64,000 bases of DNA from Fidelibacterota bacterium (lineage in GTDB: Bacteria; Fidelibacterota; Marinisomatia; SCGC-AAA003-L08; GCA-2689995). Position 1 is the first letter of the stretch. Every line of letters begins with the position of its first letter. The stretch is from NCBI GenBank assembly GCA_002689995.1, contig NZIV01000062.1:76447-140446 (forward strand), given 5' to 3'. The notes under the pieces are model-generated. The model did no database searches. It was given only the letters and a program-made list of their open reading frames with translations, and was not told the DNA's origin. Positions 29,670-39,082 of this stretch are shown one piece after another. The translations under genes and the position numbers were made by a program.

Positions 29670-30255
29670 AATAATTTTATTTCTAACATTCAGCTTTAGT
29701 TTATCACAATTTCAGGATTCACTACAGATACAAATCCCACTTTCTAAACAAATACTTTGGGGAGAAAATGGTTTAATCAGAAAATTAAATCTAGCCCCAG
29801 AATCTCGCAAAGCTGAATTAAAACTTCGTCATAAGATGTTAAAAATGCACCAAACATTAGGTTTAGTAACATCAAGTATGATGGGATATCAATATTATTT
29901 AGGTGGCAAATTATATAAAGGTAAGGAAGTTGATGCTACTATCCATAAATATTTAGGATATTCTATTTTCGGAACTTATTTAACCACGGCATCTCTTTCA
30001 ATTTGTGCTCCACCAGCAATGCGATATTCTAGTGGAGTCTCATCTATAAAATTACATCGCTTTTTATCTTATATTCATTTTGCTGGAATGCTTGTGATGC
30101 CCTATTTAGGATATTTATCTGCTGGTAACTTAGACTATGTAGAAAATGAAATAGAGTATAATTATTCTAATAAAGCATTAGAAGCACACCGTTTTATTGG
30201 TGATATAACTTTTTATTCATTCCAACTAGCATTTTTGATAACATTATTACCATGA
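29653..30255 (+). CDS. 4-TM membrane protein with one His at the start of each helix (possible b-type haem carrier)
   Basis: Signal-like N-terminus, then helices beginning MHQTLG, IHKYLG, LHRFLSYIH and AHRFIG. Overlaps both neighbours. Confidence 0.45.
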   Translation: MQLKIKIILFLTFSFSLSQFQDSLQIQIPLSKQILWGENGLIRKLNLAPESRKAELKLRHKMLKMHQTLGLVTSSMMGYQYYLGGKLYKGKEVDATIHKYLGYSIFGTYLTTASLSICAPPAMRYSSGVSSIKLHRFLSYIHFAGMLVMPYLGYLSAGNLDYVENEIEYNYSNKALEAHRFIGDITFYSFQLAFLITLLP

Positions 30256-30797
30256 AAATATTTTTTATATATTTTATTTTATACTATTTTGGATTTTCAT
30301 CAGATTATATTGTGATAAATAATTCAACTATCCAATTTACAGGTTCACATGTATTTCATGATTGGATAGGTGTTTCATCTAAATTAGAATCTAAAGTTTC
30401 ATGTAATGAAAAAAATACCAACTGTAGCTTTAAATTTTCAATTCCATGGGAAAGTTTTAATAGTGGAAATGATAATAGAGATAATAATATGCTTTATTAT
30501 GTCAACGCATTCGATTACCCTAATATCATTATGAAATTTGAAAATATTGATTTAAAAAAATTAAATGAAAATGGAAATTTAATAACTGGTATTTTAACTA
30601 TTAATGGAATTAGTGAAAGTCTATCCATTCCTTTAGAATATAAAATAAATAATAAGAAATTTAAAATTTATTCATCATTTAATATATCTCTTGAAAAATT
30701 TAATATTGAACGTCCTTCTCTACTTTTAATTCCAATAGAAAATCTAATTTTTATTAATGTAAATATAACTGGGAATTTTAAAAACGCTGAATCCTAA
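30252..30797 (+). CDS. YceI-like (polyisoprenoid-binding) periplasmic protein
   Basis: Size of 181 aa and signal peptide fit. SFNSGNDNRDNNM resembles the YceI xRDxxl motif. ATGA overlap with the upstream ORF. Confidence 0.55.
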   Translation: MKIFFIYFILYYFGFSSDYIVINNSTIQFTGSHVFHDWIGVSSKLESKVSCNEKNTNCSFKFSIPWESFNSGNDNRDNNMLYYVNAFDYPNIIMKFENIDLKKLNENGNLITGILTINGISESLSIPLEYKINNKKFKIYSSFNISLEKFNIERPSLLLIPIENLIFINVNITGNFKNAES

Positions 30798-30928
30798 AAA
30801 TTTATATTTTTGTCAAAAAACTATTCAAATTCTTAAATACTTTTCACGAATTTAAAAATCAATAATTATTTAAATTGAATTATATGATATGTTAAATTTT
30901 ATGTGAATAGTTTTTGAATATCAATTTT

Positions 30929-32212
30929 TTAGTAATCTAATAATATAGATTTAAAATCATTATATTTATTTTTTATTTTCATACTATCTTTTGGTAGTTT
31001 TAAAGCTTCTCTTAATTGTTTTGGTAGTTTAATTTTTTTATTTATTATAGGTTCAATTATGTCTGCAAATTTCCCATGATGTGCAGTTGATAAAACAACA
31101 CCCATTTGACTTTTAAGAATATTTTTTTTTATTCCATAAAGTCCTACTGCCGTGTGTGGATCGGCTAAATAATTATATTTTTGTTTTATCTCTAATAAAC
31201 TTTTAATAGTTAATTTATCGCTTACACTTGTTGAAATTATATCTTTACGTATTTCATTTATTTCTGAGCAATATAATGATTGTATCCTTGCAAAATTACT
31301 TGGATTACCTACATCCATCGCATTAGATAAAGTTGAAACACTTTCTTTTGATTGAAAAAATCCATTATTTAAATAATTAGGGAAAATATCATTTGAGTTT
31401 ACAGAAGCTAATAATTTTGTTATAGGTAAACCCATTCTCTTCGCAAACAAACCTCCTGTTAAATTACCAAAATTTCCACTTGGAACAGAAATTATTACAT
31501 CTTTTGGGCATTCTAAATATTTCCACGCCCAAGCATAATAAACAGTCTGTGGTAAAAGACGAGCAATATTAATAGAATTTGCAGAACTTAAATTTATTTT
31601 TTCTTTTATTTCATAATCTAAAAATGCTTTTTTTACAATTTTTTGACAATCATCAAAACTTCCTTCAATCTCGACTGCTTTAATATTTTCGCCAAGTGTA
31701 GTCAATTGCTGTTCCTGAATTTTACTTACTCTTCCAGATGGATATAAAATTATAACATTTATTCCTGCAAGTTTGTAAAACCCATTTGCAACAGCACTAC
31801 CTGTATCTCCAGAAGTTGCAACTATGATTGTTCTTTCTTCATTTTTATTTTGCATAAAATACTGCATCAATCTTGCCATAAAACGTGCAGCAAAATCCTT
31901 GAATGCAAGTGTAGGTCCATGAAATAATTCTAAAACACTTAAATTAGAGTGAATATTTACAACAGGAACTGAAAAATTAAATGCTGACTTACAAATTTCA
32001 TTTAATGATAATTTGTCTATTTCTTCACCAATAAATGGGTAAATCATTTCAGTAGCTAGTTCAGAATAAGTCATTTTTTCCTTAAAAAATTCCTTAGATA
32101 GGTATGGAATATTTTCAGGCATAAATAAACCGCCATCAGAAGCAAGTCCTTTAAATAATGCTTCCTTAAAGTTCACAGGTTCAGTGTTCAAGTTTGTACT
32201 AAAATATTTCAT
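30929..32212 (-). CDS. thrC: Threonine synthase
   Basis: 427 aa with the PLP site FHGPTLAFKDFA and SGNFGN. Confidence 0.9.
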   Translation of the reverse strand: MKYFSTNLNTEPVNFKEALFKGLASDGGLFMPENIPYLSKEFFKEKMTYSELATEMIYPFIGEEIDKLSLNEICKSAFNFSVPVVNIHSNLSVLELFHGPTLAFKDFAARFMARLMQYFMQNKNEERTIIVATSGDTGSAVANGFYKLAGINVIILYPSGRVSKIQEQQLTTLGENIKAVEIEGSFDDCQKIVKKAFLDYEIKEKINLSSANSINIARLLPQTVYYAWAWKYLECPKDVIISVPSGNFGNLTGGLFAKRMGLPITKLLASVNSNDIFPNYLNNGFFQSKESVSTLSNAMDVGNPSNFARIQSLYCSEINEIRKDIISTSVSDKLTIKSLLEIKQKYNYLADPHTAVGLYGIKKNILKSQMGVVLSTAHHGKFADIIEPIINKKIKLPKQLREALKLPKDSMKIKNKYNDFKSILLDY

Positions 32213-33144
32213 TAGTCCAAAATTTGTGGTTTATTTTTATTAATTTTAGAGACATAGGACTTACTTTCTAATCCTGATTTCTTAAATGAAAATTGCATTT
32301 TTTTTGCAACTAATTCCGCTGTTTGCTGATTTGTAGACAATGCGAACATTGATGGTCCTGATCCTGAAATTCCACATCCAATTGCACCATTTTCAATAGC
32401 CGAATTTTTAACTATTTCATATCCTGGAATTAATTTTTTTCTTAAAGGTTCAGCAAATAAGTCCTCCATTGATCTGGAAATTAAATTAAAATCTGAGTTT
32501 ATACATCCCAATATAAACCCTGCTAAATTACCTGTTTGTTGAACGGCAGAACTTAATGAAACATATTTTGGTAATATTTTACGAGCATCTTTTGTATTTA
32601 CCTCGTAATAAGGTAAAATTGTTATATTCCATAAACATTCAGGAACAGGAATATGAATTATATCAAGTGGTTTATAATTTCTGATTAAGACCATTCCTCC
32701 ATAAAGAGAAGGTCCAACATTATCTGCATGGCGACTACCTGAGGCAACAAATTCACCCTCCATTGCATGAATCATTAACTCTTCTTCATTTAATGGATTT
32801 CCCAAAATTTTATTAAGTGCAAATACCGCTCCTACTGCACTAGAAGCACTAGAACCAATACCACTTCCTGGCGGTATTCCTTTTTTAATATGTAAATCAA
32901 AACCATGTGATAATTCTAAGTAAGAAAGCATAGAAATAATTGCTTTTCCAGCTGTATTTTTAACTGGATTAATTGGAATTTTCTCAGCTTGAATTCCTGA
33001 TATTGTAATATTTATTTCATCTAATTTATTTTTTGTCAGTGTAATTTCATCTCCAGGTTTTTCCATAGAATACCCTAAACAATCAAATCCGCATGCAACA
33101 TTTGATACAGAACCTGTTGCTTTAATTCTAATCGAATCAACCAT
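32212..33144 (-). CDS. thrB: Homoserine kinase
   Basis: GHMP kinase motif PPGSGIGSSASSAV, 310 aa, located in the thr operon. Confidence 0.85.
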   Translation of the reverse strand: MVDSIRIKATGSVSNVACGFDCLGYSMEKPGDEITLTKNKLDEINITISGIQAEKIPINPVKNTAGKAIISMLSYLELSHGFDLHIKKGIPPGSGIGSSASSAVGAVFALNKILGNPLNEEELMIHAMEGEFVASGSRHADNVGPSLYGGMVLIRNYKPLDIIHIPVPECLWNITILPYYEVNTKDARKILPKYVSLSSAVQQTGNLAGFILGCINSDFNLISRSMEDLFAEPLRKKLIPGYEIVKNSAIENGAIGCGISGSGPSMFALSTNQQTAELVAKKMQFSFKKSGLESKSYVSKINKNKPQILD

Positions 33145-34234
33145 ATTTTATAAATCCTTTTTTAACAAGTAATTCAGCAGTTAAAATGGCTCCTCCAGCA
33201 GCGCCTCTGATTGTATTATGTGATAATCCAATAATTTTATAATCAAAAAATTTATCATTTTTTAAACGTCCAAAAGTAATTGCCATTCCATTTTGATTAT
33301 TAACATCAGCTTTAACTTGTGGGCGATCTGATTCTTTACGATATATTATTGTTTTTTTTGGAGCAGAAGGTAAATTAAACTCATACACATCTGGTTTAAA
33401 TGTATTCCAAATTTTTATAATCTCTTCTTTTGATGGTATATTAGATTCAAAATTTATTTGGACTACCGCTGAATGACCATGAATAACAGGAACACGAATA
33501 CAAGTAGCACTTATATTAAATATATTAGACTTTTTAATTTTTCCCGATTGAATTTTCCCTAAAATTTTAAGTGGTTCTTGTTCTGTTTTTTCTTCTTCAC
33601 CTTTAATGAAGGGTATAATGTTTTTATGCCATTCTGGATTTGTTATCCCTTTTGCACCAGCACCGGATAAAGCTTGAAGAGTTGTTACTTGAACATCTTT
33701 TAATGGATAACCAGATTTTTGTAATGAGAATAATCCAATTAAATATGATTGAATAGAACAATTAGGTTTAACTGTTACAAATCCAGTACTAGGTAATTTT
33801 CTTATCTGTTGTTGTGAAAAAATAATTTCCGTGTGATGTGGATTAATTTCTGGAATTATCATAGGGACATCATCTGTCCATCTATTTGCAGAACTGTTAC
33901 TAACTAAGGCATAACCCTTCTTTGCATAACTAAATTCAAAATTACGTGTGGATTCCTTGTTCTTTAGGTCCAATGCTGAAAAAAATAATTTAACATCATT
34001 TGGTATATCCTCAAAATTATGTATATCTCTTATAATAAAATTTAAATACTTTTTAGGTATTTCTCCATCCATTAGCCATTTTTTAGATACAACTTTACTA
34101 TACATTTTACCTGCAGAATTACTAGATGCGGCAAAGTCTACAACATCAAACCAAGGATGATTTTGTAATAATTTTACATAACTTTGGCCAACCATACCTG
34201 TTACACCTAAAATTCCTACTTTTATTTTATTCAT
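33137..34234 (-). CDS. asd: Aspartate-semialdehyde dehydrogenase
   Basis: GVTGMVGQ Rossmann motif, active-site KPNCS, and C-terminal HNTIRGAAGGA. Confidence 0.85.
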   Translation of the reverse strand: MNKIKVGILGVTGMVGQSYVKLLQNHPWFDVVDFAASSNSAGKMYSKVVSKKWLMDGEIPKKYLNFIIRDIHNFEDIPNDVKLFFSALDLKNKESTRNFEFSYAKKGYALVSNSSANRWTDDVPMIIPEINPHHTEIIFSQQQIRKLPSTGFVTVKPNCSIQSYLIGLFSLQKSGYPLKDVQVTTLQALSGAGAKGITNPEWHKNIIPFIKGEEEKTEQEPLKILGKIQSGKIKKSNIFNISATCIRVPVIHGHSAVVQINFESNIPSKEEIIKIWNTFKPDVYEFNLPSAPKKTIIYRKESDRPQVKADVNNQNGMAITFGRLKNDKFFDYKIIGLSHNTIRGAAGGAILTAELLVKKGFIKYG

Positions 34235-36636
34235 TTTAACTCCAAAATTGACATAATATCAGCCATTACTCCACCAGCAGTAACTTCTGCTCCAGCACCA
34301 TGTCCACGAATTACAAGGGGTTTTTCGTTATACCTTTCTGTCTGAAATGAAACAATATTTTCACTACCATCTAAATGGTAAAAAGGATGACTTTCTGATA
34401 TCATTTCTAGCTTTACTTTTGCTTTTCCTTTTTGTAGTGAACCTATATAACATAATTTTTTATTTTGGTGCTTTGCTTTTTGTAAATAGGATTCAAATTT
34501 TGAATCTTCTACTTTGAGGCAATCTAAGAATTCTGATATTGATGAATTTTTTTTACTTTTTATTGGTACAAAGCTTTCCGTTTGAATATCATCTAAATTC
34601 ATATTTAATCCAATTTCTCTAGCAAGAATTAATAATTTTCGTGCAACATCTTTTCCACTTAAATCATCTCTAGGATCTGGTTCAGTAAATCCATTTTCTT
34701 TTGCATATTTCAATAATTCTGAAAATGGAATCAATCCATTAAAATTATTAAATAAATAACTTAAAGTACCAGAAAAGACGCCCTCTATTTTTAGAATTTT
34801 ATCCCCACTCTTTATCAAAGATTTCAATGAAGAAATAACGGGCAAGCCTGCGCAAACGTTGGTTTCATATTTAAATTTTAAATGACTCATTTTAGTAATT
34901 TTTCGTAATTTATTATAAAAGTTAATATCCATTGTATTTGCTTTTTTATTTGCAGCAACAATTGAAAATCCATTTGATAATAATTCTGAATATTTTTTTG
35001 ATAATTCTATACTCGAAGTACAATCTACAAATATTTTATTTTTAAATTGTCTACCTGTGTCAATTATATTTTTTAAATCTGTTCTAATACTATTAAATTT
35101 AAGATCACTTTCAATATTAGATAAATTTAATCCATCCGGATTCAAAAGCATTCTTTTACTATTTAAGACTCCGTTGAAATCAATTTTTTTACTATTAATT
35201 TTTTCAGCAATTTTTAACAATTTACTTCCTACAGTTCCAACTCCAGCAAGAAATACTGCGGTTTTGTTTGATGTAATTTCAAAAAACTCAGAATGTAAAA
35301 TTTTTAATGTTTTTTTAGCTTGTTTATCATCGACTATAAATGAAATATTTCTCTCAGAAGATCCTTGAGCAATTGCAATAATATTAATATTTTCATTTCC
35401 AAGCGTTTTAAATAATTTTCCTGAAATTCCACTTTTTTGACGCATCCCTTCACCTACTAAAGCTATGAGAGATATATTATTTTCAAACGTAACTTCATCA
35501 ATTATATGGTTTTTTAACTCTTGATAAAATTCTTCTTTCAATAATTTTTTTGAAATTTTAATTTGTTCAGGTCGTATTACAAAACAGATAGAATGCTCAC
35601 TAAATACTTGAGAGACAAGTATAATATTAATTTTTCCCTTTGCTAATGCAGTAAAAATTCGACCAATTATTCCATATAATCCGACCATACCTGCGCCTTG
35701 TAAACGAACTAAAGCCATACCTGATTGTGATGAAATTCCAACAACAATTCGATTGTTTTTCTTAGATTTTTGAGTAATCAGTGAACCAGGACTTTCAGGA
35801 TTAAATGTATTTTTTATCCAAATTGGAATATTTTTATTTAAGGCGGGAATCATTGTCGGTGGAAATATTACTTTTGCTCCAGCATGTGCAAGTTCCATCG
35901 CTTCTTTATAATTCAGGTTTCGAATTAATTTTGCATTTTCAATAATTTTAGGATTTGCTGATAAGACTCCATCGACATCTGTCCAAATTTGAATCTGATC
36001 TGAATTAAGAGCTGCTCCAAATATTGAAGCAGTATAATCTGAGCCACTTCTACCTAAAGTAGTTGTTTTCCCACTTCGTGTTGATCCAATAAAACCAGTG
36101 ATTATTTGAGTAGAATAAATATTTGAAAAATATTCACAAATTTTATTATAAGATTCCTCGTAATACACAAAAGCGCTACCAAAATGGTCATTTGTTACAA
36201 TTACTTCTCTAGCATCTAATGAATCTGATTCTATCCCAACAGAGCAGAAATATTCCGAAATAATTTGAGATGAAAATCGTTCGCCATAAGAAATAATTTT
36301 ATCTAAGGTCTCTAATGAGTTATTTTTTCTATTCTGATTTATTTCTAATTCTAGTTCTTCAAATAATGATATAATTTTATGAGATTTAACAATACCAAGT
36401 TCATTTATTATTTTTATATGATATTTCTTTACCTCTTTATACAAACTTAAATAAATTCTTGGATTTTGAATATTTTTTGAAATTGAAATAAGTTTATCTG
36501 TTATTCCACCAATAGCAGAAACAATAACTACAATTGAATAATTTGGTTTTTGTTGAGATTTTATAATCTCCAAAATATTTTTTATTCGACTTGCTGTTTT
36601 AATGGAAGAGCCACCAAATTTTAAAATCTTATACAA
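34231..36636 (-). CDS. thrA: Bifunctional aspartokinase / homoserine dehydrogenase
   Basis: 801 aa. KFGGSS N-terminus, ACT region, and a C-terminal NAD-binding GVGTVGS domain with homoserine-dehydrogenase motifs. Confidence 0.9.
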   Translation of the reverse strand: MYKILKFGGSSIKTASRIKNILEIIKSQQKPNYSIVVIVSAIGGITDKLISISKNIQNPRIYLSLYKEVKKYHIKIINELGIVKSHKIISLFEELELEINQNRKNNSLETLDKIISYGERFSSQIISEYFCSVGIESDSLDAREVIVTNDHFGSAFVYYEESYNKICEYFSNIYSTQIITGFIGSTRSGKTTTLGRSGSDYTASIFGAALNSDQIQIWTDVDGVLSANPKIIENAKLIRNLNYKEAMELAHAGAKVIFPPTMIPALNKNIPIWIKNTFNPESPGSLITQKSKKNNRIVVGISSQSGMALVRLQGAGMVGLYGIIGRIFTALAKGKINIILVSQVFSEHSICFVIRPEQIKISKKLLKEEFYQELKNHIIDEVTFENNISLIALVGEGMRQKSGISGKLFKTLGNENINIIAIAQGSSERNISFIVDDKQAKKTLKILHSEFFEITSNKTAVFLAGVGTVGSKLLKIAEKINSKKIDFNGVLNSKRMLLNPDGLNLSNIESDLKFNSIRTDLKNIIDTGRQFKNKIFVDCTSSIELSKKYSELLSNGFSIVAANKKANTMDINFYNKLRKITKMSHLKFKYETNVCAGLPVISSLKSLIKSGDKILKIEGVFSGTLSYLFNNFNGLIPFSELLKYAKENGFTEPDPRDDLSGKDVARKLLILAREIGLNMNLDDIQTESFVPIKSKKNSSISEFLDCLKVEDSKFESYLQKAKHQNKKLCYIGSLQKGKAKVKLEMISESHPFYHLDGSENIVSFQTERYNEKPLVIRGHGAGAEVTAGGVMADIMSILELK

Positions 36637-36901
36637 TAAATTTAATCTCCTAAATGTAGTATTTTAAATAGTTTGTACAATATTATTCAAAATAATATTT
36701 TAAATTAAATCTAATATTATATCTGTATAGTTTTTAATTAATAAAGAGAAAAAAATGATATTTAAATAGTGATATCTATAAAAGTCTTATTTTATCACTA
36801 GCACTTTTACACTATATTTTGAATCATAAATGAATAAACTAATAATTTATCTTATTGAATTCAGGTAATTGTGAAAAAATTAAATAACTTAGTTAGGTTT
36901 G

Positions 36902-38560
36902 CTACTCAACCATAAAATTAAATCGTAACTCTTGACCGAAATCTGGTTTAAATTTATGTAATTCTTTTCCATTAATATCTGAAAAGTTAATACTGCCATT
37001 AATACCAATTTTATTAGGATTTGAATTGCGATTCCACCAATGAATAGAAATTCCATCCTCCATGTCATCTAAAAAAAGGAATTGATAACATCCAGGATAT
37101 AATTTTATATCATAAATATATTCAGTACTATCAATGAAATTATCACCAGAGTAAAAAATATATCCGTCAGCGTCAGTAATTGTAAACATATTTTCTTTTG
37201 CCCTATTGTTATTATTTGTAAATAATGATAATTGGAACTCACTAGGGAATATCTTGACTTTTGGGACAATGATATTTTTATTATTATTATTAATTTTTTC
37301 ATCCTGTGTACCATTAGGATTGCTTAATTGTACCATAAAATTCATCTCATCTAAATTCCAGGTAATTTTTGGTAAAAGTAATGTATCTGATTCTAAAAAT
37401 CTTAATTCACCGTACCATTTAAAAAAATAATTTCTCTTATTTTCAAATCCGTAAATAATATTGACTGACTTTAAAATTTCTTTCCCATTATTACGGATAA
37501 TAATTTTAGGTTGATCACAAATTGGGTTTAATCGGCTATATCTCCCTAGAGAATTAGGTGCAATAATTTCAAAAAGTTCAACTTCATGATTAAAATTAGG
37601 AGAATCATATGAAATTAATTGATGAGTCATAATAAAATTACCTTCTTTTTCTCCATTATTATAATAATTCTGAATTCCATAATCTAATTCAATTGTATCA
37701 CCAGGATTTATATATAATGATAGGTCAAATAAATATTCATCTACTATAGAGCCAGGACACCATCCCGCACGATTAAATGGCCAAGTTCCACCTTGTGGAT
37801 AAATTGGATTATTTCCACAATCTGTCCATACAATCCAATTAAACAGTTCCCAACCATTAAAATACCAAGTATGCGTTTTGCTATCCCATTCACAGCAATT
37901 TTGCGGTCCTTCATGTCCATGACCAGAAATAATCGATTTTACTTCATATTCACGTGCATTTTGATTAGTAACAATCCTCTTTTTTTTTAATATAACATCA
38001 TCCGCTAATAATTCATATTTATAATTACCATGAGGATAAATATTTTCAATTGAGATTATATCTCGAGTTGGAGTACCTTCAATAAAATGAAATTTTAAAT
38101 CTAATAATTCCTGATTATTTCCAACAGTAAGTTTTAAGTTTCCTCTTAAAATTGGAGTATATTCTGTAATATCATAAAACCATTGCCAGCCATTTTCACC
38201 TCCCATTTCCAAACGTTTCCCATAGGGTGTAATGAAACTTCCTAAACAAAACTTTTCAGTCGTATCAGCTGATGGTACTTCAACAAATGTACTCCAAATA
38301 TAATCCCATTCTCCACACGGATATTTATCTCCAGCAGTAAGAGAATCACATTTTAATGTTTGTACCATTAATATTTTCTCCCATTTTTCTTCAAATATCG
38401 GAAATGATACATATGTACTATATTGAGCATTCCATCCTTTAGGACTTGGCGTATTAAAAGTTATAGGATTAATAGTTAGGGTGTCTGTATCAAAAGAAAA
38501 ACTAGTAGGAATTAATAAAATAACTAAAAGAAGATTAAAAATTATTTTTAGATTTAACAT
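36902..38560 (-). CDS. Secreted protein with a PNGase F-like (peptide-N-glycosidase) domain signature
   Basis: Signal peptide. CGEWDY, GHGHEGPQNCCEWD and RAGWCPG motifs resemble the N- and C-terminal PNGase F domains. This rests on memory of the motifs, not on an alignment. Confidence 0.4.
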   Translation of the reverse strand: MLNLKIIFNLLLVILLIPTSFSFDTDTLTINPITFNTPSPKGWNAQYSTYVSFPIFEEKWEKILMVQTLKCDSLTAGDKYPCGEWDYIWSTFVEVPSADTTEKFCLGSFITPYGKRLEMGGENGWQWFYDITEYTPILRGNLKLTVGNNQELLDLKFHFIEGTPTRDIISIENIYPHGNYKYELLADDVILKKKRIVTNQNAREYEVKSIISGHGHEGPQNCCEWDSKTHTWYFNGWELFNWIVWTDCGNNPIYPQGGTWPFNRAGWCPGSIVDEYLFDLSLYINPGDTIELDYGIQNYYNNGEKEGNFIMTHQLISYDSPNFNHEVELFEIIAPNSLGRYSRLNPICDQPKIIIRNNGKEILKSVNIIYGFENKRNYFFKWYGELRFLESDTLLLPKITWNLDEMNFMVQLSNPNGTQDEKINNNNKNIIVPKVKIFPSEFQLSLFTNNNNRAKENMFTITDADGYIFYSGDNFIDSTEYIYDIKLYPGCYQFLFLDDMEDGISIHWWNRNSNPNKIGINGSINFSDINGKELHKFKPDFGQELRFNFMVE

Positions 38561-38587
38561 TTTTATTTTTCAACTTTATTAATAATA

Positions 38588-39079
38588 CTAATTTGATAGT
38601 CTATATTTCCAGTTTTCAAGTTTTTGTTCGAATGAATATGATGCATTCGCAGCGCTTGTAGATAGTGCTGTAAAATATTTTTTATTTTCTATAAACTTAA
38701 AATGTTTTCTATATAATTTTTCTGCTGTTTTTCCATTGAAAATGATTGTGGATATTGACGGATGATTTCCTAATAACTGAGGGATATTATTAGGGATTTC
38801 TTCTTTTATTTTTGAATCTAAACTTCCCAGACGAAAACAAGTTAAACAAACATCCCAAAGAGAAATATTATTTTCTTTAACAAATTTTATTTGATCTAGA
38901 TAATTTGATGATAAATTTTTATTAAAGAGTGTATAAATTATTTTCCAAAAAATATTTCTAGAATGTGCATAATATTGGTTTTTTTTTAGTGATTCTTTCC
39001 CAGGCATAGTTCCCAAAATTAAAAAATTTGGCTGCAAACCAATTATAGGTTCAAAGGATTTCAAGGTATCCTTTTTCAT
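38588..39079 (-). CDS. Hypoxanthine/uracil-DNA glycosylase superfamily protein (family-6-like)
   Basis: LILGTMPGKESLKKNQYYAHSRNIFW is the characteristic motif. 163 aa. Confidence 0.6.
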   Translation of the reverse strand: MKKDTLKSFEPIIGLQPNFLILGTMPGKESLKKNQYYAHSRNIFWKIIYTLFNKNLSSNYLDQIKFVKENNISLWDVCLTCFRLGSLDSKIKEEIPNNIPQLLGNHPSISTIIFNGKTAEKLYRKHFKFIENKKYFTALSTSAANASYSFEQKLENWKYRLSN

Positions 39080-39082
39080 GAA

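Noticed and set aside
30816-30915. 12-bp inverted repeat AAAAACTATTCA ... TGAATAGTTTTT between the convergent yceI-like and thrC genes
   Set aside because: The arms are separated by 76 nt and are of low complexity. This is not a canonical terminator geometry, and it cannot be distinguished from chance without genome-wide counts.
33948-34160. Further shadow or out-of-frame ORFs: 33948-34160, 35057-35368, 37105-37314, 37206-37430, 37793-37990, 39701-39910, 40257-40472, 44228-44410, 46380-46577, 47208-47414, 56220-56417, 57398-57583
   Set aside because: Same reasoning. They are embedded in longer, motif-supported ORFs, on the opposite strand or in another frame of the same strand.
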